This document shows positions 1 to 15,000 of a stretch of DNA of 54,879 bases, piece by piece. Where the stretch lies: the NCBI GenBank assembly GCA_032718475.1, contig JAUCBJ010008993.1, forward strand, positions 1 through 54,879. Reading direction: 5' to 3'. How positions within the stretch are numbered: the first letter of the stretch is position 1; every line of letters starts with the position of its first letter. The translations under genes were made by a program, and so were the position numbers. The notes beneath the pieces were generated by a model. The model was not told the origin of the DNA. It made no database searches and worked only from the letters and a program-made list of their open reading frames with translations. The DNA is from Nemertoderma westbladi (taxonomy: Eukaryota > Animalia > Xenacoelomorpha).

Positions 1-3000
1 AGTACCCTGTGATGGGTGGGAACGTACTGAACTAGTACCCTGTGATGGGTGGGAACGTACTGGACTAGTACCCTGGATGGGCGGGAACTTACTGAACTAG
101 TAGCATGCATGGGCGGGAACGTACTGAACTAGTACCCTGGATGGGCGGGAACTTACTGAACATGTACCATTTTGGGCAGGAACGTACTGAACTAGTACCC
201 TGGATGGTGGGAACGTACTGGACTAGTACCCTGTGATGGGTGGGAACGTACTGAACTAGTACCCTGTGATGGGTGGGAACGTACTGGACTAGTACCCTGG
301 ATGGGCGGGAACTTACTGAACTAGTAGCCTGCATGGGCGGGAACGTACTGAACTAGTACCCTGGATGGGCGGGAACTTACTGAACTTGTACCATTTTGGG
401 CGGGAACGTACTGAACTAGTACCCTGGATGGTGGGAACGTACTGAACTAGTACCCTGTGATGGGCTGGAACGTACTGAACTAGTACCCTGTGATGGGTGG
501 GAACGTACTGGACTAGTACCCTGGATGGGCGGGAACTTACTGAACTAGAACCCTGGATGGGCGGGAACTTACTGAACTAGTACCCTGTGATGGGTGGGAA
601 CGTACTGAACTATTAGCCTGGATGGGCGGGAACGTACTGAACTAGTACCCTGTGATGGACGGGAACGTAATGAACTAGTACCCTGTGATGGGTGGGAACG
701 TACTGAACTAGTACCCTGTGATGGGTGGGAACGTACTGGACTAGTACCCTGGATAGGCGGGAACTTACTGAACTAGTAGCCTGCATGGGCGGGAACGTAC
801 TTAACTAGTACCCTGGATGGGCGGGAACTTACTGAACTTGTACCATTTTGGGCGGGAACGTACTGAACTAGTACCCTGGATGGTGGGAACGTAATGAACT
901 TGTACCCTGTGATGGGTGGGAACGTACTGAACTAGTACCCTGGATGGCGGGAACGTACTGAACTAGTACCCTGGATGGCGGGAACGTACTGGACTAGTAC
1001 CCTGGATGGGCTGGAACGTACTGAACTAGTACCCTGGATGGCTGGAACGTACTGAACTAGTACCCTGTGATGGGATGGAACGTACTGAACTAGTAGCCTG
1101 GATGGGCGGGAACGTACTGAACTAGCACCCTGGATGGGTGGGAACCTACTGAACTAGTACCCTGGATGGGCGGGAGCGTACTGGACTAGTAACCTGTGAT
1201 GGGCTGGAACGTACTGAACTAGTACCCTGGATGGGCGGGAACGTACTGGACTACTACCATGGATGGGCGGGAACGTACTGAAATAGTACCCTGGATGGGC
1301 GGGAACGTACTGAACTAGTACCCTGGATGGGCGGGAACGTACTGTACTAGTACCTTGGATGAGCGGGAACGTACTGAACTAGTACCCTGGATGGGCGGGA
1401 GCGTACTGGACTAGTAACCTGTGATGGGCTGGAACGTACTGAACTAGTACCCTGGATGGGCGGGAACGTACTGGACTACTACCCTGGATGGGCGGGAACG
1501 TACTGGACTACTACCCTGGATGGGCGGGAACGTACTGAAATAGTACCCTGGATGGGCGGGAACGTGCTGAACTAGTAGCCTGGGTGGGCGGGAACGTACT
1601 GAACTAGTACCCTGTGATGGGCGGGAACGTACTGAACTAGTATCCTGTGATGGGTGGGAACTTACTAAACTAGTACCCTGTGATGGGCGGGAACGTACTG
1701 AACTAGTACCCTGGATGGGCGGGAACGTACTGAACTAGTACCCTGGATGGGCGGGAACGTACTGGACTAGTACCCTGTGATGGACGGGAACGTACTGAAC
1801 TAGTACCCTGTGATGGGTGGGAACGTACTGAACTAGTAGTCTGTGATGGGCGGGAATGTACTGAACTAGTACCCTGTGATGGGTGGGAACTTACTGAACT
1901 AGTACCCTGTAATGGACGGGAACGTACTGAACTAGTAGCCTGGATGGGCGGGAACGTACTGAACTAGTACCCTGTGATGGGTGGGAACGTACTGAACTAG
2001 TAGCCTGGATGGGCGGGAACATACTGAACTAGTACCCTGTGATGGGTGGGAACGTACTGAACTAGTACCCTGTGATGGGTGGGAACTTACTGAACTAGTA
2101 CCCTGTGATGGACGGGAACGTACTGAACTAGTAGCCTGGATGGGCGGGAACGTACTGAACTAGTACCCTGTGATGGACGGGAACGTACTGAACTACTACC
2201 CTGGATGGGCGGGAACGTACTGAACTAGTATCCTATGATGGACGGGAACGTACTGAACTAGTACCCTGTGATGGGTGGGAACGTACTGAACTAGTACCCT
2301 GTGATGGGTGGGAACGTACTGAACTAGTACCCTGTGATGGGTGGGAACGTACTGAACTAGTACCCTGTGATGGGTGGGAACGTACTGAACTATTAGCCTG
2401 GATGGGCGGGAACGTACTGAACTAGTACCCTGTGATGGGTGGGAACGTACTGAACTAGTACCCTGTGATGGATGGGAACGTACTGAACTAGTACCCTGTG
2501 ATGGGTGGGAACGTACTGAACTAGTACCCTGTGATGGGTGGGAACGTACTGAACTATTAGCCTGGATGGGCGGGAACGTACTGAACTAGTACCCTGTGAT
2601 GGGTGGGAACGTACTGAACTATTAGCCTGGATGGGCGGGAACGTACTGAACTAGTACCCTGTGATGGGTGGGAACGTACTGAACTATTAGCCTGGATGGA
2701 CTGGAACGTACTGAACTAGTACCCTGTGATGGGTGGGAACGTACTGAACTATTAGCCTGGATGGACGGGAACGTACTGAACTAGTATCCTATGATGGACG
2801 GGAACGTACTGAACTAGTACCCTGGATGGGCGGGAACGTACTGAACTAGTACCCTGGATGGGCGGGAACGTACTGAACTAGTACCCTGTGATGGGCGGGA
2901 ACGTACTGAACTAGTAGCCTGGGTGGGCGGGAACGTACTGAACTAGTACCCTGGATGGGCGGGAACGTACTGAACTAGTACCCTGTGATGGGCGGGAACG

Positions 3001-6000
3001 TACTGAACTAGTACCCTGTGATGGGCGGGAACGTACTGAACTAGTACCCTGTGATGGGCGGGAACGTACTGAACTAGTACCCTGGATGTGTGGGAACTTA
3101 CTGAACTAGTACCCTGTGATGGACGGGAATGTAGTGAACTAGTACCCTGTGATGGACGGGAACGTACTGAACTAGTAGCCTGGATGGGCGGGAACGTACT
3201 GAACTAGTACCCTGTGATGGACGGGAACGTACTGAACTAGTACCCTGTGATGGGTGAGAACGTACTGAACTAGTAGTCTGTGATGGGCGGGAATGTACTG
3301 AACTAGTACCCTGTGATGGGTGGGAACTTACTGAACTAGTACCCTGTGATGGACGGGAACGTACTGAACTAGTAGCCTGGATGGGCGGGAACGTACTGAA
3401 CTAGTACCCTGTGATGGGTGGGAACGTACTGAACTAGTAGCCTGGATGGGCGGGAACATACTGAACTAGTACCCTGTGATGGGTGGGGACGTACTGAACT
3501 AGTACCCTGTGATGGGTGGGAACTTACTGAACTAGTACCCTGTGATGGACGGGAACGTACTGAACTAGTAGCCTGGATGGGCGGGAACGTACTGAACTAG
3601 TACCCTATGATGGACGGGAACGTACTGAACTACTACCCTGGATGGGCGGGAACGTACTGAACTAATATCATATGATGGACGGGAACGTACTGAACTAGTA
3701 CCCTGTGATGGGTGGGAACGTACTGAACTAGTACCCTGTGATGGGTGGGAACGTACTGAACTAGTACCCTGTGATGGATGGGAACGTACTGAACTAGTAC
3801 CCTGTGATGGGTGGGAACGTACTGAACTATTAGCCTGGATGGGCGGGAACGTACTGAACTAGTACCCTGTGATGGGTGGGAACGTACTGAACTAGTACCC
3901 TGTGATGGATGGGAACGTACTGAACTAGTACCCTGTGATGGGTGGGAACTTACTGAAGTAGTACCCTGTGATGGACGGGAACGTACTGAACTAGTAGCCT
4001 GGATGGGCGGGAACGTACTGAACTAGTACCCTGTGATGGACGGGAACGTACTGAACTACTACCCTGGATGGGCGGGAACGTACTGAACTAGTATCCTATG
4101 ATGGACGAGAACGTACTGAACTAGTACCCTGTGATGGGTGGGAACGTACTGAACTATTAGCCAGGATGGGCGGGAACGTACTGAACTAGTACCCTGTGAT
4201 GGACGGGAACGTAATGAACTAGTACCCTGTGATGGGTGGGAACGTACTGGACTAGTACCCTGGATGGGCGGGAACTTACTGAACTAGTAGCCTGCATTGG
4301 CGGGAACGTACTGAACTAGTACCCTGGATGGGCGGGAACTTACTGAACTTGTACAATTTTGGGCGGGAACGTACTGAACTAGTACCCTGGATGGTGGGAA
4401 CGTACTGAACTAGTACCCTGTGATGCGTGGGAACGTACTGAACTAGTACCCTGTGATGGGTGGGAACGTACTGGACTAGTACCCTGGATGGGCGGGAACT
4501 TACTGAACTAGTAGCCTGCATGGGCGGGAACGTACTGAACTAGTACCCTGGATGGGCGGGAACTTACTGAACTTGTACCATTTTGGGCGGGAACGTACTG
4601 AACTAGTACCCTGGATGGTGGGAACGTACTGAACTAGTACCCTGTGATGGGCTGGAACGTACTGAACTAGTACCCTGTGATGGGTGGGAACGTACTGGAC
4701 TAGTACCCTGGATGGGCGGGAACTTACTGAACTAGTACCCTGGATGGGCGGGAACTTACTGAACTAGTACCCTGTGATGGGTGGGAACGTACTGAACTAT
4801 TAGCCTGGATTGGCGGGAACGTACTGAACTAGTACCCTGTGATGGACGGGAACGTAATGAACTAGTACCCTGTGATGGGTGGGAACGTACTGAACTAGTA
4901 CCCTGTGATGGGTGGGAACGTACTGGACTAGTACCCTGGATAGGCGGGAACTTACTGAACTAGTAGCCTGCATGGGCGGGAACGTACTTAACTAGTACCC
5001 TGGATGGGCGGGAACTTACTGAACTTGTACCATTTTGGGCGGGAACGTACTGAACTAGTACCCTGGATGGCGGGAACGTACTGAACTAGTACCCTGGATG
5101 GCGGGAACGTACTGGACTAGTACCCTGGATGGGCTGGAACGTACTGAACTAGTACCCTGGATGGCTGGAACGTACTGAACTAGTACCCTGTGATGGGATG
5201 GAACGTACTGAACTAGTAGCCTGGATGGGCGGGAACGTACTGAACTAGCACCCTGGATGGGTGGGAACCTACTGAACTAGTACCCTGGATGGGCGGGAGC
5301 GTACTGGACTAGTACCCTGGATGGGCGGGAACGTACTGGACTACTACCCTGGATGGGCGGGAACGTACTGAAATAGTACCCTGGATGGGCGGGAACGTAC
5401 TGAACTAGTACCCTGGATGGGCGGGAACGTACTGTACTAGTACCTTGGATGGGCGGGAACGTACTGAACTAATACCCTGTGATGGACTGAAACGTACTGA
5501 ACTAGTATCCTGTGATGGGTGGGAACTTACTAAACTAGTACCCTGTGACGGGCGGGAACGTACTGAACTAGTACCCTGGATGGGCGGGAACGTACTGAAC
5601 TAGTACCCTGGATGGGCGGGAACGTACTGGACTAGTACCCTGTGATGGGTGGGAACGTACTGAACTAGTAGTCTGTGATGGGCGGGAATGTACTGAACTA
5701 GTACCCTGTGATGGGTGGGAACTTACTGAACTAGTACCCTGTGATGGACGGGAACGTACTGAACTAGTAGCCTGGATGGGCGGGAACGTACTGAACTAGT
5801 ACCCTGTGATGGGTGGGAACGTACTGAACTAGTAGCCTGGATGGGCGGGAACATACTGAACTAGTACCCTGTGATGGGTGGGAACGTACTGAACTAGTAC
5901 CCTGTGATGGGTGGGAACTTACTGAACTAGTACCCTGTGATGGACGGGAACGTACTGAACTAGTAGCCTGGATGGGCGGGAACGTACTGAACTAGTACCC

Positions 6001-9000
6001 TGTGATGGACGGGAACGTACTGAACTACTACCCTGGATGGGCGGGAACGTACTGAACTAGTATCCTATGATGGACGGGAACGTACTGAACTAGTACCCTG
6101 TGATGGGTGGGAACGTACTGAACTAGTACCCTGTGATGGGTGGGAACGTACTGAACTAGTACCCTGTGATGGGTGGGAACGTACTGAACTAGTACCCTGT
6201 GATGGGTGGAACGTACTGAACTATTAGCCTGGATGGGCGGGAACGTACTGAACTAGTACCCTGTGATGGGTGGGAACGTACTGAACTAGTACCCTGTGAT
6301 GGATGGGAACGTACTGAACTAGTACCCTGTGATGGGTGGGAACGTACTGAACTAGTACCCTGTGATGGGTGGGAACGTACTGAACTATTAGCCTGGATGG
6401 GCGGGAACGTACTGAACTAGTACCCTGTGATGGGTGGGAACGTACTGAACTATTAGCCTGGATGGGCGGGAACGTACTGAACTAGTACCCTGTGATGGGT
6501 GGGAACGTACTGAACTATTAGCCTGGATGGACGGGAACGTACTGAACTAGTACCCTGTGATGGGTGGGAACGTACTGAACTATTAGCCTGGATGGACGGG
6601 AACGTACTGAACTAGTATCCTATGATGGACGGGAACGTACTGAACTAGTACCCTGTGATGGGTGGGAACGTACTGAACTAGTACCCTGTGATGGACGGGA
6701 ACGTACTGAACTAGTAGCCTGGATGGGCGGGAACGTACTGAACTAGTACCCTGTGATGGACGGGAACGTACTGAACTACTACCCTGGATGGGCGGGAACG
6801 TACTGAACTAGTATCCTATGATGGACGGGAACGTACTGAACTAGTACCCTGTGATGGGTGGGAACGTACTGAACTATTAGCCTGGATGGGCGGGAACGTA
6901 CTGAACTAGTACCCTGTGATGGGTGGGAACGTACTGAACTATTAGCCTGGATGGACGGGAACGTACTGAACTAGTATCCTATGATGGACGGGAACGTACT
7001 GAACTAGTACCCTGTGATGGGTGGGAACGTACTGAACTATTAGCCTGGATGGGCGGGAACGTACTGAACTAGTACCCTGTGATGGACGGGAACGTAATGA
7101 ACTAGTACCCTGTGATGGGTGGGAACGTACTGAACTAGTACCCTGGATGTGTGGGAACTTACTGAACTAGTACCCTGTGATGGACGGGAACGTAGTGAAC
7201 TAGTACCCTGTGATGGACGGGAACGTACTGAACTAGTAGCCTGCATGGGCGGGAACGTACTGAACTAGTACCCTGGATGGGCGGGAACGTACTGAACTAG
7301 TACCCTGTGATGGACGGGAACGTACTGAACTAGTAGTCTGTGATGGGCGGGAATGTACTGAACTAGTACCCTGTGATGGACGGGAACGTACTGAACTAGT
7401 ACCCTGTGATGGGTGGGAACGTACTGAACTACTACCCTGTGATGGGTGGGAACGTACTGAACTAGTACCCTGTGATGGGTGGGAACTTACTGATCTAGTA
7501 CCCTGTGATGGACGGGAACGTACTGAACTAGTAGCCTGGATGGGCGGGAACGTACTGAACTAGTACCCTGTGATGGGTGGGAACGTACTGAACTAGTAGC
7601 CTGGATGGGCGGGAACATACTGAACTAGTACCCTGTGATGGGTGGGAACGTACTGAACTAGTACCCTGTGATGGACGGGAACGTACTGAACTAGTAGCCT
7701 GGATGGGCGGGAACGTACTGAACTAGTACCCTGTGATGGGTGGGAACGTACTGAACTGTAGCCTGGATGGGCGGGAACGTACTGAACTAGTAGCCTGGAT
7801 GGGCGGGAACGTACTGAACTAGTACCCTGTGATGGGTGGGAACGTACTGAACTAGTAGCCTGTGATGGGTGGGAACTTACTGATCTAGTACCCTGTGATG
7901 GACGGGAACGTACTGAACTAGTAGCCTGGATGGGCGGGAACGTACTGAACTAGTACCCTGTGATGGGTGGGAACTTACTGATCTAGTACCCTGTGATGGA
8001 CGGGAACGTACTGAACTAGTAGCCTGGATGGGCGGGAACGTACTGAACTAGTACCCTGTGATGGGTGGGAACGTACTGAACTAGTACCCTGGATGGGCGG
8101 GAACGTACTGAACTAGTACCCTGTGATGGGTGGGAACGTACTGAACTAGTACCCTGTGATGGGTGGGAACGTACTGAACTAGTACCCTGTGATGGGCGGG
8201 AACGTACTGAACTAGTACCCTGTGATGGGCGGGAACGTACTGAACTAGTACCCTGTGATGGACGGGAACGTACTGAACTACTACCCTGGATGGGCGGGAA
8301 CGTACTGAACTAGTATCCTATAATGGACGAGAACGTACTGAACTAGTACCCTGTGATGGGTGGGAACGTACTGAACTATTAGCCAGGATGGGCGGGAACG
8401 TACTGAACTAGTACCCTGTGATGGACGGGAACGTAATGAACTAGTACCCTGTGATGGGTGGGAACGTACTGAACTAGTACCCTGTGATGGGTGGGAACGT
8501 ACTGGACTAGTACCCTGTATGGGCGGGAACTTACTGAACTAGTAGCCTGCATGGGCGGGAACGTACTGAACTAGTACCCTGGATGGGCGGGAACTTACTG
8601 AACTTGTACCATTTTGGGCGGGAACGTACTGAACTAGTACCCTGGATGGGCGGGAACTTACTGAACTTGTACCATTTTGGGCGGGAACGTACTGAACTAG
8701 TACCCTGGATGGTGGGAACGTACTGAACTAGTACCCTGTGATGGGTGGGAACGTACTGGACTAGTACCCTGTGATGGGTGGGAACGTACTGAACTAGTAG
8801 CCTGCATGGGCGGGAACGTACTGAACTAGTACCCTGGATGGGCGGGAACTTACTGAACTTGTACCATTTTTGGCGGGAACGTACTGAACTAGTACCCTGG
8901 ATGGGCGGGAACGTACCGGACTACTACCCTGGATGGGTGGGAACGTACTGAACTAGTACCATGGATGGGCGGGAACGTACTGGACTAGTACCCTGGATGG

Positions 9001-12000
9001 TGGGAACGTACTGAACTAGTACCCTGTGATGGGCTGGAACGTACTGAACTAGTACCCTGTGATGGGTGGGAACGTACTGGACTAGTACCCTGTGATGGGT
9101 GGGAACGTACTGGACTAGTACCCTGGATGGGCGGGAACGTACTGAACTAGTACCCTGTGATGGGTGGGAACGTACTGAACTAGTACCCTGGATGGGCGGG
9201 AACTTACTGAACTAGTACCCTGGATGGTGGGAACGTACTGAACTAGTACCCTGTGATGGGCTGGAACGTACTGAACTAGTACCCTGTGATGGACGGGAAC
9301 GTACTGAACTAGTAGCCTGGATGGGCGGGAACGTACTGAACTAGTACCCTGTGATGGACGGGAACGTACTGAACTAGTAGCCTGGATGGGCGGGAACGTA
9401 CTGAACTTGTACCCTGTGATGGGTGGGAACGTACTGAACTAGTACCCTGGATGGACGGGAACGTACTGAACTAGTAGCCTGGATGGGCGGGAACGTACTG
9501 AACTAGTACCCTGTGATGGGCGGGAACGTACTGAACTAGTACCCTGTGATGGGTGGGAACGTACTGGACTAGTACCCTGTGATGGGTGGGAACGTACTGG
9601 ACTAGTACCCTGGATGGGCGGGAACGTACTGAACTAGTACCCTGTGATGGGTGGGAACGTACTGAACTAGTACCCTGTGATGGGCTGGAACGTACTGAAC
9701 TAGTACCCTGTGATGGGTGGGAACGTTCTGGACTAGTACCCTGTGATGGGTGGGAACGTACTGGACTAGTACCCTGGATGGGCGGGAACTTACTGAACTA
9801 GTAGCCTGCATGGGCGGTAACGTACTGAACTAGTACCCTGGATGGGCGGGAACTTACTGAACTAGTACCCTGTGATGGGTGGGAACGTACTGAACTATTA
9901 GCCTGGATGGGCGGGAACGTACTGAACTAGTACCCTGTGATGGACGGGAACGTAATGAACTAGTACCCTGTGATGGGTGGGAACGTACTGAACTAGTACC
10001 CTGTGATGGGTGGGAACGTACTGGACTAGTACCCTGGATAGGCGGGAACTTACTGAACTAGTAGCCTGCATGGGCGGGAACGTACTTAACTAGTACCCTG
10101 GATGGGCGGGAACTTACTGAACTTGTACCATTTTGGGCGGGAACGTACTGAACTAGTACCCTGGATGGGCTGGAACGTACTGAACTAGTACCCTGGATGG
10201 TGGGAACGTACTGAACTAGTACCCTGGATGGTGGGAACGTAATGAACTAGTACCCTGGATGGGCGGGAACGTACTGAACTAGCACCCTGGATGGGCGGGA
10301 ACGTACTGAACTAGCACCCTGGATGGGCGGAAACGTACTGAACTAGTACCCTGTGATGGGTGGGAACGTACTGAACTAGTACCCTGTGATGGGTGGGAAC
10401 GTACTGAACTAGTACCCTGTGATGGGTGGGAACGTACTGAACTAGTACCCTGTGATGGGTGGGAACGTACTGAACTAGTACCCTGGATGGCGGGAACGTA
10501 CTGGACTAGTACCCTGGATGGGCTGGAACGTACTGAACTAGTACCCTGGATGGCTGCAACGTACTGAACTAGTACCCTGTGATGGGATGGAACGTACTGA
10601 ACTAGTACCCTGGATGGGCGGGAACTTACTGAACTTGTACCATTTTGGGCGGGAACGTACTGAACTAGTACCCTGGATGGGCGGGAACTTACTGAACTTG
10701 TACCATTTTGGGCGGGAACGTACTGAACTAGTACCCTGGATGGTGGGAACGTACTGAACTAGTACCCTGTGATGGGTGGGAACGTACTGGACTAGTACCC
10801 TGTGATGGGTGGGAACGTACTGAACTAGTAGCCTGCATGGGCGGGAACGTACTGAACTAGTACCCTGGATGGGCGGGAACTTACTGAACTTGTACCATTT
10901 TGGGCGGGAACGTACTGAACTAGTACCCTGGATGGGCGGGAACGTACCGGACTACTACCCTGGATGGGTGGGAACGTACTGAACTAGTACCATGGATGGG
11001 CGGGAACGTACTGGACTAGTACCCTGGATGGTGGGAACGTACTGAACTAGTACCCTGTGATGGGCTGGAACGTACTGAACTAGTACCCTGTGATGGGTGG
11101 GAACGTACTGGACTAGTACCCTGTGATGGGTGGGAACGTACTGGACTAGTACCCTGGATGGGCGGGAACGTACTGAACTAGTACCCTGTGATGGGTGGGA
11201 ACGTACTGAACTAGTACCCTGGATGGGCGGGAACTTACTGAACTAGTACCCTGGATGGTGGGAACGTACTGAACTAGTACCCTGTGATGGGCTGGAACGT
11301 ACTGAACTAGTACCCTGTGATGGACGGGAACGTACTGAACTAGTAGCCTGGATGGGCGGGAACGTACTGAACTAGTACCCTGTGATGGACGGGAACGTAC
11401 TGAACTAGTAGCCTGGATGGGCGGGAACGTACTGAACTTGTACCCTGTGATGGGTGGGAACGTACTGAACTAGTACCCTGGATGGACGGGAACGTACTGA
11501 ACTAGTAGCCTGGATGGGCGGGAACGTACTGAACTAGTACCCTGTGATGGGCGGGAACGTACTGAACTAGTACCCTGTGATGGGTGGGAACGTACTGGAC
11601 TAGTACCCTGTGATGGGTGGGAACGTACTGGACTAGTACCCTGGATGGGCGGGAACGTACTGAACTAGTACCCTGTGATGGGTGGGAACGTACTGAACTA
11701 GTACCCTGTGATGGGCTGGAACGTACTGAACTAGTACCCTGTGATGGGTGGGAACGTTCTGGACTAGTACCCTGTGATGGGTGGGAACGTACTGGACTAG
11801 TACCCTGGATGGGCGGGAACTTACTGAACTAGTAGCCTGCATGGGCGGTAACGTACTGAACTAGTACCCTGGATGGGCGGGAACTTACTGAACTAGTACC
11901 CTGTGATGGGTGGGAACGTACTGAACTATTAGCCTGGATGGGCGGGAACGTACTGAACTAGTACCCTGTGATGGACGGGAACGTAATGAACTAGTACCCT

Positions 12001-15000
12001 GTGATGGGTGGGAACGTACTGAACTAGTACCCTGTGATGGGTGGGAACGTACTGGACTAGTACCCTGGATAGGCGGGAACTTACTGAACTAGTAGCCTGC
12101 ATGGGCGGGAACGTACTTAACTAGTACCCTGGATGGGCGGGAACTTACTGAACTTGTACCATTTTGGGCGGGAACGTACTGAACTAGTACCCTGGATGGG
12201 CTGGAACGTACTGAACTAGTACCCTGGATGGGCTGGAACGTACTGAACTAGTACCCTGGATGGTGGGAACGTACTGAACTAGTACCCTGGATGGTGGGAA
12301 CGTAATGAACTAGTACCCTGGATGGGCGGGAACGTACTGAACTAGCACCCTGGATGGGCGGGAACGTACTGAACTAGCACCCTGGATGGGCGGAAACGTA
12401 CTGAACTAGTACCCTGTGATGGGTGGGAACGTACTGAACTAGTACCCTGTGATGGGTGGGAACGTACTGAACTAGTACCCTGTGATGGGTGGGAACGTAC
12501 TGAACTAGTACCCTGTGATGGGTGGGAACGTACTGAACTAGTACCCTGGATGGCGGGAACGTACTGGACTAGTACCCTGGATGGGCTGGAACGTACTGAA
12601 CTAGTACCCTGGATGGCTGCAACGTACTGAACTAGTACCCTGTGATGGGATGGAACGTACTGAACTAGTACCCTGGATGGGCGGGAACTTACTGAACTTG
12701 TACCATTTTGGGCGGGAACGTACTGAACTAGTACCCTGGATGGGCGGGAACTTACTGAACTTGTACCATTTTGGGCGGGAACGTACTGAACTAGTACCCT
12801 GGATGGTGGGAACGTACTGAACTAGTACCCTGTGATGGGTGGGAACGTACTGGACTAGTACCCTGTGATGGGTGGGAACGTACTGAACTAGTACCCTGCA
12901 TGGGCGGGAACGTACTGAACTAGTACCCTGGATGGGCGGGAACTTACTGAACTTGTACCATTTTGGGCGGGAACGTACTGAACTAGTACCCTGGATGGGC
13001 GGGAACGTACCGGACTACTACCCTGGATGGGTGGGAACGTACTGAACTAGTACCATGGATGGGCGGGAACGTACTGGACTAGTACCCTGGATGGTGGGAA
13101 CGTACTGAACTAGTACCCTGTGATGGGCTGGAACGTACTGAACTAGTACCCTGTGATGGGTGGGAACGTACTGGACTAGTACCCTGTGATGGGTGGGAAC
13201 GTACTGGACTAGTACCCTGGATGGGCGGGAACGTACTGAACTAGTACCCTGTGATGGGTGGGAACGTACTGAACTAGTACCCTGGATGGGCGGGAACGTA
13301 CTGAACTAGTACCCTGGATGGTGGGAACGTACTGAACTAGTACCCTGTGATGGGCTGGAACGTACTGAACTAGTACCCTGTGATGGACGGGAACGTACTG
13401 AACTAGTAGCCTGGATGGGCGGGAACGTACTGAACTAGTACCCTGTGATGGACGGGAACGTACTGAACTAGTAGCCTGGATGGGCGGGAACGTACTGAAC
13501 TTGTACCCTGTGATGGGTGGGAACGTACTGAACTAGTACCCTGGATGGGCGGGAACGTACTGAACTAGTAGCCTGGATGGGCGGGAACGTACTGAACTAG
13601 TACCCTGTGATGGGCGGGAACGTACTGAACTAGTACCCTGTGATGGGTGGGAACGTACTGGACTAGTACCCTGTGATGGGTGGGAACGTACTGGACTAGT
13701 ACCCTGGATGGGCGGGAACGTACTGAACTAGTACCCTGTGATGGGTGGGAACGTACTGAACTAGTACCCTGTGATGGGCTGGAACGTACTGAACTAGTAC
13801 CCTGTGATGGGTGGGAACGTTCTGGACTAGTACCCTGTGATGGGTGGGAACGTACTGGACTAGTACCCTGGATGGGCGGGAACTTACTGAACTAGTAGCC
13901 TGCATGGGCGGTAACGTACTGAACTAGTACCCTGGATGGGCGGGAACTTACTGAACTAGTACCCTGTGATGGGTGGGAACGTACTGAACTATTAGCCTGG
14001 ATGGGCGGGAACGTACTGAACTAGTACCCTGTGATGGACGGGAACGTAATGAACTAGTACCCTGTGATGGGTGGGAACGTACTGAACTAGTACCCTGTGA
14101 TGGGTGGGAACGTACTGGACTAGTACCCTGGATAGGCGGGAACTTACTGAACTAGTAGCCTGCATGGGCGGGAACGTACTTAACTAGTACCCTGGATGGG
14201 CGGGAACTTACTGAACTTGTACCATTTTGGGCGGGAACGTACTGAACTAGTACCCTGGATGGGCTGGAACGTACTGAACTAGTACCCTGGATGGTGGGAA
14301 CGTACTGAACTAGTACCCTGGATGGTGGGAACGTAATGAACTAGTACCCTGGATGGGCGGGAACGTACTGAACTAGCACCCTGGATGGGCGGGAACGTAC
14401 TGAACTAGCACCCTGGATGGGCGGAAACGTACTGAACTAGTACCCTGTGATGGGTGGGAACGTACTGAACTAGTACCCTGTGATGGGTGGGAACGTACTG
14501 AACTAGTACCCTGTGATGGGTGGGAACGTACTGAACTAGTACCCTGTGATGGGTGGGAACGTACTGAACTAGTACCCTGGATGGCGGGAACGTACTGGAC
14601 TAGTACCCTGGATGGGCTGGAACGTACTGAACTAGTACCCTGGATGGCTGCAACGTACTGAACTAGTACCCTGTGATGGGATGGAACGTACTGAACTAGT
14701 AGCCTGGATGGGCAGGAACGTACTGAACTAGCACCCTGGATGGGTGGGAACCTACTGAACTAGTACCCTGGATGGGCGGGAGCGTACTGGACTAGTAACC
14801 TGTGATGGGCTGGAACGTACTGAACTAGTACCCTGGATGGGCGGGAACGTACTGGACTACTACCCTGGATGGGCGGGAACGTACTGAAATAGTACCCTGG
14901 ATGGGCGGGAACGTACTGAACTAGTACCCTGGATGGACGGGAACGTACTGTACTAGTACCTTGGATGGGCGGGAACGTACTGAACTAATACCCTGTGATG

